A stretch of DNA of 64,000 bases from a virus (IMGVR_UViG_3300044305_003112:1-64000), one strand, 5' to 3'. Shown: positions 19,743-29,108, counted from the first letter of the stretch. The notes: a model not told the origin generated them from the sequence alone. Translations and numbers: made by a program.

Positions 19743-20830
19743 TGGATTCAATAACTACATTTTTAAATAAAATATCTTATAAATTTCCAAAAGGTTACCC
19801 GGATATGAATAACCCAAAGGATAAAAATTTATTATTTGAAATAATAACAGGTGTTGTAAAAGAAAATGAAGAAATAGATATTGATGAAGTAAGAAGTGAA
19901 ATAGAAAGTTTAATAAAAAACATATCTGATCCTGAAGAATTAAAACAAATAGCTAAATATGCTAAAAACGTAGGTTTTGGGAATTCAATGAAGAAACATT
20001 TAGCTGATAAAAATTTAAGTTCAAAAGATATTTTATTTTTTCAATCACTTTTATCTGAATTAGGTAAGACAGGAGATTTTGCAAAATTATCTGAAAATCC
20101 ACCTACATTTGATTTAACTAAAAATAATTACTTTGACCAAATACCAGGATTTGACAATACAGATTTAAAATCTTTATATAGTGATATGAAAGATTCTATT
20201 CAAGGAACAGTTTCATTAGGACCTGGAGAAGCATTTTTATCTGTATTTTTTAATAATGTTAAAAAAGCAGAATCAAAGGGGGACTTAAATATAGGAGGTA
20301 AAGAAGTTGAATTAAAATCTAGAACAGGAGCATCAGGGGCAATGGTTGCTCCTAAATATGTTGTAAGAGGTAAAGCGGATGATATAATAAAAGAAATGGA
20401 AAAATTAATTAATACTTTTGATTTAGAAGATGTTCAAAAAGAAGAATTAAAAAATTTAATTAGACCTAAAGGAACCTCTTGGCCTTATAAAATTGATAAA
20501 TTATTTAAATCTGCTTTAGAATTAGGTATAGATAACAAAAAATTAACAAAAGATTTATCAGATGAAATTAGTTCTTGGTATAAAAATAAATTACCAATGA
20601 ATTTTGAGTCATATTTTACAGATAATGAATTTGAAGCTAAAAAGTTTATCGATAATTTAGCTACAACTTTAGCAAAAGATTATTTTGAAGAACATGGGTT
20701 TGATGGTTTTATGATATCTGATAATGTAGGAAATTTTAAATATTATGATGGAGGTGATTTTATAGATGCTATTGGTAATGATATAATAGTTTCTAACCCT
20801 TCTGACTTAGTTCCTAGAATAAAAGTATAA
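19742..20830 (+). CDS. Hypothetical protein with restriction-endonuclease-like motif
   Basis: GPGEAFL...GDLNIGGKEVELKS fits a PD-(D/E)XK core; leader ends in VVKE. Confidence 0.5.
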   Translation: MDSITTFLNKISYKFPKGYPDMNNPKDKNLLFEIITGVVKENEEIDIDEVRSEIESLIKNISDPEELKQIAKYAKNVGFGNSMKKHLADKNLSSKDILFFQSLLSELGKTGDFAKLSENPPTFDLTKNNYFDQIPGFDNTDLKSLYSDMKDSIQGTVSLGPGEAFLSVFFNNVKKAESKGDLNIGGKEVELKSRTGASGAMVAPKYVVRGKADDIIKEMEKLINTFDLEDVQKEELKNLIRPKGTSWPYKIDKLFKSALELGIDNKKLTKDLSDEISSWYKNKLPMNFESYFTDNEFEAKKFIDNLATTLAKDYFEEHGFDGFMISDNVGNFKYYDGGDFIDAIGNDIIVSNPSDLVPRIKV

Positions 20831-20836
20831 TTTTTA

Positions 20837-20846
20837 ATATGTATAA
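20837..20846 (+). promoter_or_regulatory. Late-promoter-like variant ATATGTATAA
   Basis: Upstream of 20849. Confidence 0.5.
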
Positions 20847-20848
20847 TC

Positions 20849-21946
20849 ATGAGCAAAAACACAGGTAAAAAAGATTGCAATTGTGGATGTGGTGGGTGTA
20901 AAACTAAATCTATAGGTCCTATATTGAGGGAAAATAAAGTATTTAGTACTCCATTGTCTAATGATTTAAAATTTCATATAGACAATAATATACCGTTAAA
21001 CGAAACAAAACATCGTGTGGGTTCTAAAAAATTTAAAAAATTAATTAATGAAGCTTCTGCATTATACTCACGTTTTATTTTAGATTTAAATAAAAAAGAT
21101 GAAAAGATAATAAAAGAAGGAGTTGGATTTGGAAATAAAATGGGGGGTAATAATTTTACACCACAAAAAGAAATACCTAGAGATAGATCTAGAAAAGATA
21201 ATATAGGCAGATTAAAACCAAATATGTCAACACCAGGAATAAAATCATTATCAGAAAATGAAAAATTAATTCAATCTTGTTATATAAAAGAAGATAAAGA
21301 TTATTATGAAAAAGCAAAAGATTTAGAGGGAAAAAAACAATCAATAATAGATCAACTAGAAAAATTATTAGACTCTTTAACACCCCCAACATCAGATAAT
21401 TTAGAAGCAAGACAAGGTTTAAAAGCAGCTTTAAAAAGTAATAATGTAGTAATGATGAAAAAAGCTTTAGATCATTGGAGAGAAAAATTAGATCCTAGAT
21501 CAAGTTTTACAGATGATGATTGGGAAAATTTTTATGCAGATTATGATTTACCTGAAGGTAAAATAAAAGAATCACAAGATTTAGAAACAGAAGCTAAACA
21601 ATATTTTTTAAAAAAGTTTATGGATGGTGAAATTAAAAAATTACCTGATCTTAAAGATGTTAAAGCAGCTTATATGAAATTAAAATTAAAAGGAGAGGTA
21701 AATGAAGCTGAAGAAGATGAAAAAGAAGGAAAAAAAGTTACTGTTGATGGTGAACCATTTAAAAAACATAACATAAAAAATCTTCAAGAAATGGACCCAG
21801 TAAAATGGGATTTACAAAATGGAATAGCAGCTCAATGGGTTCCTGACAAAGTAGGTCATACAGCTGATGGAGATATAACTGATGATCCTGGAGATGGATA
21901 TGATACTAACAATAAAGATACTATAAACGAAAAATTAATCAATTAA
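20849..21946 (+). CDS. Putative internal head protein, modular
   Basis: CNCGCGGC leader. ILRE, IIKE, LSE, IKE, VNE and LQE sites. Confidence 0.5.
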   Translation: MSKNTGKKDCNCGCGGCKTKSIGPILRENKVFSTPLSNDLKFHIDNNIPLNETKHRVGSKKFKKLINEASALYSRFILDLNKKDEKIIKEGVGFGNKMGGNNFTPQKEIPRDRSRKDNIGRLKPNMSTPGIKSLSENEKLIQSCYIKEDKDYYEKAKDLEGKKQSIIDQLEKLLDSLTPPTSDNLEARQGLKAALKSNNVVMMKKALDHWREKLDPRSSFTDDDWENFYADYDLPEGKIKESQDLETEAKQYFLKKFMDGEIKKLPDLKDVKAAYMKLKLKGEVNEAEEDEKEGKKVTVDGEPFKKHNIKNLQEMDPVKWDLQNGIAAQWVPDKVGHTADGDITDDPGDGYDTNNKDTINEKLIN

Positions 21947-21960
21947 TAAAAAATAAAAAA

Positions 21961-22047
21961 ATGAAAAAATTTATATGTAATTTAATCTGTATTTTAACTT
22001 TTAATAAAGTTTGTATAGGTTGGTGCAACCTAAAATGTTGCAAGTAA
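21961..22047 (+). CDS. Small Cys-rich peptide (28 aa), not in the ORF track
   Basis: ATG after an A-rich tract. Translates to MKKFICNLICILTFNKVCIGWCNLKCCK followed by TAA, then a terminator. Confidence 0.5.
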   Translation: MKKFICNLICILTFNKVCIGWCNLKCCK

Positions 22048-22092
22048 AAATCTGATTCATAGCCAGATACCCTTTATGGGTTTTTTATATAG

Positions 22093-22131
22093 AGAGCTGT
22101 GGCCTCATTTTGGAGCCACGGCTCTTTTTTT
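22093..22131 (+). terminator. Rho-independent terminator
   Basis: AGAGCTGTGGC...GCCACGGCTCT stem followed by a T tract. Confidence 0.85.
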
Positions 22132-22159
22132 GTATATTTAATTAATAAAAAATCTAAAG

Positions 22160-23446
22160 ATGAAACAAATAGTAATTATAGGAGCAGGAGTAGCAGGTGT
22201 TAATGCTGCTACAAAATTAGTTGATAACAATTATAAAGGTAAAATTACCATAATTGATATGGGTAATGATCCCTTTAAACGTAAACCTGAAGAAGTAATG
22301 ACGGGTTTTATGGGAGCCGGAGGTTGGTCAGATGGTAAATTGACATATCATACTTCTATTGGTGGTCATTTATCAAAATATTGTGGTGAAGATAAAGCTA
22401 TGGAGTTAATGGATCAAGTTATTAATAATTTTAGAAGATTTCACCCTAAACCTGAAGTAATACAATGTTCACATCCTGTAGAAGAACCAGAATTTATTAA
22501 ACCTTATTTTGGTTTGCGATTATTTCCTGTATGGCATATAGGAACTGATTATCTACATGAAATTGGTAAAAATTGGTATACATATTTAACTGATAACGGT
22601 GTAGAATTTTTATGGAATACTAAAGTAGATGATATTAATTTTGATACTAATTTAGTTTATGGAGAAAACATTCCATCAGGAAGAATATATTATGATAAAT
22701 TAATATTTGGAGTAGGTAAATCAGGGATTGATTTTGGAAAACAATTAGCTGAAAAATACGAATTACCAACAGAACCAAAACCAGTACAAATAGGAGTTAG
22801 ATTTGAAGCACCACAAAAACATTTTCAAAAATTAATTGACATATCATATGATTTTAAGTTATATAAAAAGTTTGATAATGTAAGTTTAAGAACATTTTGT
22901 ACAAACAATAATGCTGCTTATGTTGCTTTAGAAAAAACTTATGGTGATCATTCTTATAATGGACATGCTAAAAAAGATGAAGCATATAGAAATAACATGA
23001 CTAATTTTGGTATATTAATGGAAATTAGAGGTATAGATAAACCATTTGATTGGTCAAGAGAAGCAGTTAAAAAATTACAATGTAGTGGAACAGGCACATA
23101 TTATTCCCCAGGTAATAGATTACCATCTAAAACATCAGAAGGTGATTTTGTTAGATGTGTTGTAGTAGAAAATATGGAACCTTTATTTGAATCATTAGGA
23201 GAAGAAAATGCTCAATATATAGAAGATTTCATTACAGAAATGCAAATAGTATTCCCAACATTAAAAGATGATTGGGGTATTTATATGCCTGAAGTAAAAT
23301 ACCTATCACCTGAACCTTTAGTAAATTATGAAGATTTAAGTCTTACTAGATTTTCTGATGTCTATTTTGTAGGTGATGCGTTATCAGCAAGAGGTATAAC
23401 AGTATCTGGGGCACAAGGTACTTATGTAGCTGAAAGTATATTATGA
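22160..23446 (+). CDS. FAD-dependent oxidoreductase
   Basis: IIGAGVAG Rossmann motif, GAGGWSDGK, and YFVGD...GITVSGAQG C-terminal FAD motif. Confidence 0.85.
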   Translation: MKQIVIIGAGVAGVNAATKLVDNNYKGKITIIDMGNDPFKRKPEEVMTGFMGAGGWSDGKLTYHTSIGGHLSKYCGEDKAMELMDQVINNFRRFHPKPEVIQCSHPVEEPEFIKPYFGLRLFPVWHIGTDYLHEIGKNWYTYLTDNGVEFLWNTKVDDINFDTNLVYGENIPSGRIYYDKLIFGVGKSGIDFGKQLAEKYELPTEPKPVQIGVRFEAPQKHFQKLIDISYDFKLYKKFDNVSLRTFCTNNNAAYVALEKTYGDHSYNGHAKKDEAYRNNMTNFGILMEIRGIDKPFDWSREAVKKLQCSGTGTYYSPGNRLPSKTSEGDFVRCVVVENMEPLFESLGEENAQYIEDFITEMQIVFPTLKDDWGIYMPEVKYLSPEPLVNYEDLSLTRFSDVYFVGDALSARGITVSGAQGTYVAESIL

Positions 23447-23829
23447 AAAGTTTAATACTTAATAATAAAATAGAAGTTAGAAAAAGTAAAATTCATGGAT
23501 ATGGGGTTTTTGCTAAAGAAAAAATAAAAAAAGGTGAAATATTAGAAGAATGTCATATTATATCTTTTCCTAAAGAATATTATGATTTAGTACCTTTATA
23601 TAGAAATGCTTATGTTTTTCCTAGAAAGGATAATTATAAAGAAATTGTCTTACCTTTAGGATATGGGTGTATATATAATTCCTCATCTAATCCAAATGCG
23701 GATTGGACAACAGATGAAAAGAGAAGATTAATTATCTTTAAAAGTATAGAAGAAATAGAGAAAAATGAAGAAATATGTTGGGATTATGAAGTAAATATTG
23801 TATATTGTATAAAAAATAATTTAATATGA
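23443..23829 (+). CDS. SET-domain protein (putative lysine methyltransferase)
   Basis: KSKIHGYGVFAKEKIKKGE, YNSSSNPNA (NHS motif variant), EEICWDY. Confidence 0.8.
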   Translation: MKSLILNNKIEVRKSKIHGYGVFAKEKIKKGEILEECHIISFPKEYYDLVPLYRNAYVFPRKDNYKEIVLPLGYGCIYNSSSNPNADWTTDEKRRLIIFKSIEEIEKNEEICWDYEVNIVYCIKNNLI

Positions 23830-24356
23830 AAATAGGTTTTTGTGGAACAATGAGTGTAGGTAAAACTACATTAGTAAATGCATTAAAAAATGAACCAGAA
23901 TTTAAAGATTATAAATTTGCAACAGAACGTAGTAAATATTTAAGTTCATTAGGAATACCTTTAAACACAGATAGTACTTTAAAAGGCCAATTGGTATTCG
24001 CAGCTGAAAGAGCAGCAGAATTAATGCAAGAAAAAATGATAACAGATAGAACTATTATTGATGTAATGGCTTTTTGTGAATTATCTGATTCTATGAGTGA
24101 AGCTGAAAAACAACATATAAGTGGGGTTTTATGGCATCTTATAAAAGAATATGACATTATATTTCATATAGATGATCTTTCTGTTCCTATTGAAGACAAT
24201 GGAGTTAGAGAAACAAATAAAAATTACAGATTGGATATTCATAAAAAAATATCATCTATATTAGGAATGCATAGGTGGATGCCTGGTAAAGTAGTTAAAA
24301 TTTCCGGCACAACTGAAGAACGCATAAACCAGGTGAAAGCTTCACTTTCTTTATGA
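23826..24356 (+). CDS. P-loop kinase, AAA_28/NadR-kinase-like
   Basis: IGFCGTMSVGKTT Walker A, ATE, ITDRTIID, YDIIF. Confidence 0.75.
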   Translation: MKIGFCGTMSVGKTTLVNALKNEPEFKDYKFATERSKYLSSLGIPLNTDSTLKGQLVFAAERAAELMQEKMITDRTIIDVMAFCELSDSMSEAEKQHISGVLWHLIKEYDIIFHIDDLSVPIEDNGVRETNKNYRLDIHKKISSILGMHRWMPGKVVKISGTTEERINQVKASLSL

Positions 24357-24368
24357 TATTTATAAATA
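24356..24368 (+). promoter_or_regulatory. Late-promoter-like motif ATATTTATAAATA
   Basis: Upstream of 24379. Confidence 0.7.
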
Positions 24369-24378
24369 AAAATATCTC

Positions 24379-24894
24379 ATGAAAAAATCCCAACTTAAAG
24401 CAGCTATCAAAGAAGAAATTAAATTAGCTTTAAATGAAGCAGACCCCAAAGATATTCAAAATCAGGATGCTATTAATAAAGCATTAGAAACAACTAAAAA
24501 AATGATGGATGATATTAATGCAACAGAAGATTCAGTTAGTTTAGCAGAAGCAGATCCTGAAGATGTAAAAAGTCAAAAAGAACTTAATAAATCATTAGAA
24601 AAAACATTAGATGCTGCTAAAGAATTAAAATCAATAGAATTATCTGAATTTAAAAACAAAATAAGGGAAGAAATTATATCTGTTTTAAAAGAAGATGAAG
24701 AACCAACAGCATCCCAATTATCAGGAGATAGTGTAGCTGTTTTAGCTTCTAAACTTCAAGACACTACATCAGAAATGAAATCTACTGCTAATAAAATGAA
24801 AAAAACAGAAGATGTAACAGAAAAAGAAAAATTAATGGATAGATTAAAAACATTAAATAGAATAAAAAAAGAAATAGAATCAATGTTAGAATAA
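24379..24894 (+). CDS. Putative internal head protein with internal duplication
   Basis: MKKSQLKAAIKEEIKLALNE leader; repeated L(N/A)EADP(K/E)D unit; late promoter upstream. Confidence 0.5.
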   Translation: MKKSQLKAAIKEEIKLALNEADPKDIQNQDAINKALETTKKMMDDINATEDSVSLAEADPEDVKSQKELNKSLEKTLDAAKELKSIELSEFKNKIREEIISVLKEDEEPTASQLSGDSVAVLASKLQDTTSEMKSTANKMKKTEDVTEKEKLMDRLKTLNRIKKEIESMLE

Positions 24895-24895
24895 T

Positions 24896-25222
24896 ATGAA
24901 AAAATTTTGGAAAATAATTCTAGGTATCGGAGCAGTAATAGCAGGTATCCTAGCATTAACAGCAAATAAAGGTAGTAAAAAACAATTTAAAAAAGATCTT
25001 AAAGATAATAAAAAGAAACTAGATACTGTTAAAAAGAAACAAAAAGAATTAGATAAAAAAGAAAAAGAGATAAAAAATAAAATAGATTCAAAAGACAAAG
25101 ATATAAAAGCTAACAAGAAAAAAATAAAATCAACAAAATCAGCTAAAAAAACAATTTCTGATTTTGAGAAAAAATACAGAAAAAGTAAATTTAAAAAATC
25201 AGTAAAAAAAGCAAAAAAATAA
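24896..25222 (+). CDS. Membrane-anchored Lys-rich coiled-coil protein (i-spanin-like)
   Basis: N-terminal hydrophobic segment IILGIGAVIAGILALTA followed by a basic coiled coil. Confidence 0.45.
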   Translation: MKKFWKIILGIGAVIAGILALTANKGSKKQFKKDLKDNKKKLDTVKKKQKELDKKEKEIKNKIDSKDKDIKANKKKIKSTKSAKKTISDFEKKYRKSKFKKSVKKAKK

Positions 25223-25599
25223 TGAAAAAAATTTTATATATATTAATATTATTATTTACATTTAATGTTTTTAGTCAAGATAAAATAGTTAAAATACCAC
25301 AATCAGAACTTGATGCTTTCTTTTTAGCCATAGATACACTACAATATCAAGATTCTATTAAGTCAGTTTTAATAGCAGACTTACAATTACAAAACACTAA
25401 TTTTTTTAATTTACGTGTTAATGATATGGCTAAATTTGCAGCTAAAGATGAAGAAATTTTATTACTAAATAACCAAATTAAATTATATGAAGATAGATTA
25501 AAAATTACAGATAGGTGGTATAATAAAAGATGGTTTGGTGTAGTTGTAGGTGTTGTAGGAACATCAACGGCAATTTATTTAGCTGGACAAATTAAATAA
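25222..25599 (+). CDS. Secreted/membrane protein (spanin-like partner)
   Basis: Signal peptide MKKILYILILLFTFNVFS|Q, coiled coil, C-terminal TM WFGVVVGVVGTSTAIYLA. Confidence 0.45.
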   Translation: MKKILYILILLFTFNVFSQDKIVKIPQSELDAFFLAIDTLQYQDSIKSVLIADLQLQNTNFFNLRVNDMAKFAAKDEEILLLNNQIKLYEDRLKITDRWYNKRWFGVVVGVVGTSTAIYLAGQIK

Positions 25600-25600
25600 A

Positions 25601-27175
25601 ATGAGTCAGGATTTAAAAAAAATAATAAGACAAGAATACATAAGATGTGCAAAAGATCCTGTTCATTTTATGAAAAAGTATTGTTATATTCAACATCCTC
25701 AAAGAGGAAGAATACAATTTAGTTTATATCCTTTCCAAGAAAGAGTATTAGGTTTATTTAAAGATAATCCTTATTCAATAATTCTTAAATCTAGACAATT
25801 AGGTATTTCAACATTAACTGCTGCTTATTCTTTATGGATGATGTTATTTCATAAAGATAAAAATGTTCTTTGTATAGCAACTAAACAAGAAACAGCTAAA
25901 AATATGGTTACTAAGGTAAAATTTATGTATGAAAATTTACCTTCTTGGTTATCTATAGATTACATAGAAAATAATAAATTAACATTAAGATTAAATAATG
26001 GCTCACAAATTAAAGCAACGTCAGCTTCAAGTGATGCAGGTAGATCTGAAGCAGTTTCTTTATTATTAATTGATGAAGCTGCATTTATTGAAAATATAGC
26101 AGAAATATGGGCATCAGCTCAACAAACATTAGCAACTGGTGGGGGGTGTATTGCTTTAAGTACACCATATGGAACTGGAGGATGGTTTCATCAAACATGG
26201 GTTAAAGCTGAAGCAAAAGAAAATGAATTTTTACCAATTAAATTACCTTGGTTTGTACACCCTGAAAGAGATAAAGAATGGAGAGCAAGACAAGATGAAT
26301 TGTTAGGAGATCCTAGAATAGCAGCACAAGAATGTGATTGTGATTTTAGTACATCCGGAGATATAGTCTTCTACTCAGAATGGTTAGATTTTATTAAAGA
26401 AACAACAATAAAAGAACCATTAGAAAGAAGAGGAGTAGACCAAAATTTGTGGATTTGGGAACCAGCTGATTATTCAAGAGAATATATGATAACAGCAGAT
26501 GTAGCTAGAGGTGATAGTAAAGATTTCTCGGCTTGTCATGTTATTGACATTGAAACAAATGTTCAAGTAGCAGAATATAAAGGTCAAATGCCTCCAAAAG
26601 AATTTGGTTATTTTTTAGTAGGTTTAGCATCTGAATATAATAATGCTTTGTTAGTAGTTGAAAATGCTAATATAGGTTGGGCTACATTAGATGCTATTAT
26701 AGAAAGAGGTTATAGAAATTTATACCAATCACCAAAATCAGATCAACTTACTGCAGAATCATACTTAAGAGTATTTGAAGGAAACTCAGAAATGACTCCA
26801 GGATTTACAATGTCAATGAGAACTCGACCTTTAGTAATTAATAAATTTAGAGAATTTGTTGGTGATAGAAGTACAACAATCCAATCAAAACGTTTATTAG
26901 AAGAAATGAAAGTATTTATTTGGAAAAATGGAAGACCAGAAGCTCAAACAGGCTACAACGATGACTTGGTTATGTCATTTGGGATTGGTATGTTCCTACG
27001 TGATACTTCATTAAAGTTTCAACAACAGGGATTAGATAGTGCTAGAGCAGCACTAAAAAATGTAACAAGCACAAAACCTAACTTTAAAGGAGTATATACT
27101 AACAATGCAGTAGAAAATCCTTATAAAATGAAAATTAATGGAAAAGATGAAAGCATTGATTGGTTGTTAAGATAA
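25601..27175 (+). CDS. terL: Terminase large subunit (T4 gp17-like)
   Basis: LKSRQLGIS Walker A, LLLIDEAAF Walker B, LSTPYG, ITADVARG nuclease motif, NDDLVMS. Confidence 0.95.
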   Translation: MSQDLKKIIRQEYIRCAKDPVHFMKKYCYIQHPQRGRIQFSLYPFQERVLGLFKDNPYSIILKSRQLGISTLTAAYSLWMMLFHKDKNVLCIATKQETAKNMVTKVKFMYENLPSWLSIDYIENNKLTLRLNNGSQIKATSASSDAGRSEAVSLLLIDEAAFIENIAEIWASAQQTLATGGGCIALSTPYGTGGWFHQTWVKAEAKENEFLPIKLPWFVHPERDKEWRARQDELLGDPRIAAQECDCDFSTSGDIVFYSEWLDFIKETTIKEPLERRGVDQNLWIWEPADYSREYMITADVARGDSKDFSACHVIDIETNVQVAEYKGQMPPKEFGYFLVGLASEYNNALLVVENANIGWATLDAIIERGYRNLYQSPKSDQLTAESYLRVFEGNSEMTPGFTMSMRTRPLVINKFREFVGDRSTTIQSKRLLEEMKVFIWKNGRPEAQTGYNDDLVMSFGIGMFLRDTSLKFQQQGLDSARAALKNVTSTKPNFKGVYTNNAVENPYKMKINGKDESIDWLLR

Positions 27176-27176
27176 T

Positions 27177-27186
27177 ATATTTATAA
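27177..27186 (+). promoter_or_regulatory. Late-promoter-like motif ATATTTATAA
   Basis: Upstream of the portal gene. Confidence 0.65.
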
Positions 27187-27198
27187 AAATAAAACAAA

Positions 27199-29058
27199 AT
27201 GGCAGATAAAGGCTTATTTTCAAGATTAAGAAGATTATTCGGAACAGACGTATTAATTCGTAACGTAGGGGGTAATCAACTTAAGGTTATGGATGTCAAT
27301 CAGATACAAATGTCTGGTGATCTAGAAACTAACTCATTAATAGATAGATTTAATAGAGTTTATACAAACTCTCCAAATTCATTATATGGTCAACAAACAA
27401 ATTTTAACTATCAAACGTTAAGACCATATCTTTATTCAGAATATGACGCAATGGATACTGATGCTATAGTTGCATCAGCACTCGATATTTTAGCAGATGA
27501 ATCTACATTAAAAAATGATATGGGAGAAGTTCTTCATATTAAAAGTTCAGATGAAAATATTCAAAAAATATTATATAATTTATTTTATGATGTAATGAAT
27601 ATTGAATTTAATTTATGGCCTTGGATTAGAAATATGGCTAAATATGGAGATTTCTTTTTAAAATTAGAAATAGCAGAAAAGTTTGGGGTATATAATGTAA
27701 TTCCTTATACGGCGTTTCATATTGAAAGACAAGAAGGTTGGAATCAAGAAAACCCACAAGAAATAAGATTTAGATATGATCCTGACGGTATAGCAACATC
27801 TGATTATGGTTATTTTAATGTTCCTAATTCTGGTGAACAAGCAAATAATATATTTTTTGATAATTATGAAATGGCTCATTTTAGACTATTAACAGATATG
27901 AATTTTTTACCTTATGGAAGATCATATATAGAACCTGCTCGAAAATTATTTAAACAATATACTTTAATGGAAGATGCTATGTTAATTCATAGAGTTGTTA
28001 GAGCACCTGAAAAAAGAATATTTTACATGAATGTTGGTTCTATTCCTCCTAATGAAGTAGATGCATTTATGGAAAAAACCATAACAAAATTAAAGCGTAC
28101 TCCTCATATGGACGAAAATACAGGTGAGTATAATCTAAAATATAACCTTCAAAACTTATTAGAAGATTTTTATATACCAGTTAGGGGTAATGACACAGCT
28201 ACAAAAATAGAAAATTTAGGAGGACTACAATTTGATGGAATTCAAGATGTAGAGTATATGAGAGAAAAATTATTTGCAGCTTTAAAAGTTCCAAAAGCAT
28301 TTATGGGTTATGATGCTAATTTAGAAGGTAAAGCAACTTTAGCTGCCCAAGATATTAGATTTGCAAGAACTATAGAAAGAATCCAAAGAATATTTACATC
28401 AGAGTTATATAAAATAGCTTTAATTCATCTATACACTCAGGGCTATAGAGATGCGAGTTTAACTAATTTTGAAATATCGTTAACAACTCCATCAATAATA
28501 TATGATCAAGAAAGAATAGCATTAATGACTGAAAAAATGACATTAGCTCAATCAATGATAGATAGTAAATTAATTCCATCTGATTGGATTTATGAAAATA
28601 TATTCCACTTTAGTGAGGATGAATATGAAGAATACAGAGATTTAATTAAAAATGATGTTAAGCGTACATTTAGATTAACACAGATAGAAGGAGAAGGAAA
28701 TGACCCATTAGAAACAGGACAATCATATGGAACTCCACATGATTTAGCTGCATTATATGGTAAAGGAAGAATGTACTCAGATCCATCTAATATACCAGCA
28801 GGTTATGATGAAGGTACAACTAAAAAAGTACCATTAGGTCGTCCTAAAAAACAATTAACAAAACGTAATAAACAAGAAGATAATTTAGGAAAAGATAGAT
28901 TAGGAGTAAAAAGAATGAAAGATGATAAAAGTGTTAATGAAACAACTGCTAATCAAATAATGAATAAGTATGAAAGTATGTTGAAAAACATTCCTTATAG
29001 CGAGAAAAAAATTATAACTGAAAAAAAAGTTAAAAAAAGTAAAAAAACTAAAAAATAA
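27199..29058 (+). CDS. Portal protein (T4 gp20-like)
   Basis: YDAMDTDAIVASALDI, EDAMLIHRVVRAPEKRIFY, EDFYIPVRG. Follows the terminase. Confidence 0.93.
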   Translation: MADKGLFSRLRRLFGTDVLIRNVGGNQLKVMDVNQIQMSGDLETNSLIDRFNRVYTNSPNSLYGQQTNFNYQTLRPYLYSEYDAMDTDAIVASALDILADESTLKNDMGEVLHIKSSDENIQKILYNLFYDVMNIEFNLWPWIRNMAKYGDFFLKLEIAEKFGVYNVIPYTAFHIERQEGWNQENPQEIRFRYDPDGIATSDYGYFNVPNSGEQANNIFFDNYEMAHFRLLTDMNFLPYGRSYIEPARKLFKQYTLMEDAMLIHRVVRAPEKRIFYMNVGSIPPNEVDAFMEKTITKLKRTPHMDENTGEYNLKYNLQNLLEDFYIPVRGNDTATKIENLGGLQFDGIQDVEYMREKLFAALKVPKAFMGYDANLEGKATLAAQDIRFARTIERIQRIFTSELYKIALIHLYTQGYRDASLTNFEISLTTPSIIYDQERIALMTEKMTLAQSMIDSKLIPSDWIYENIFHFSEDEYEEYRDLIKNDVKRTFRLTQIEGEGNDPLETGQSYGTPHDLAALYGKGRMYSDPSNIPAGYDEGTTKKVPLGRPKKQLTKRNKQEDNLGKDRLGVKRMKDDKSVNETTANQIMNKYESMLKNIPYSEKKIITEKKVKKSKKTKK

Positions 29059-29082
29059 AATTAAAGGATGAAAAATCCTTAT

Positions 29083-29092
29083 ATATTTATAA
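29083..29092 (+). promoter_or_regulatory. Late-promoter-like motif ATATTTATAA
   Basis: Upstream of 29109. Confidence 0.65.
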
Positions 29093-29108
29093 AAAAATCA
29101 TATAATTA

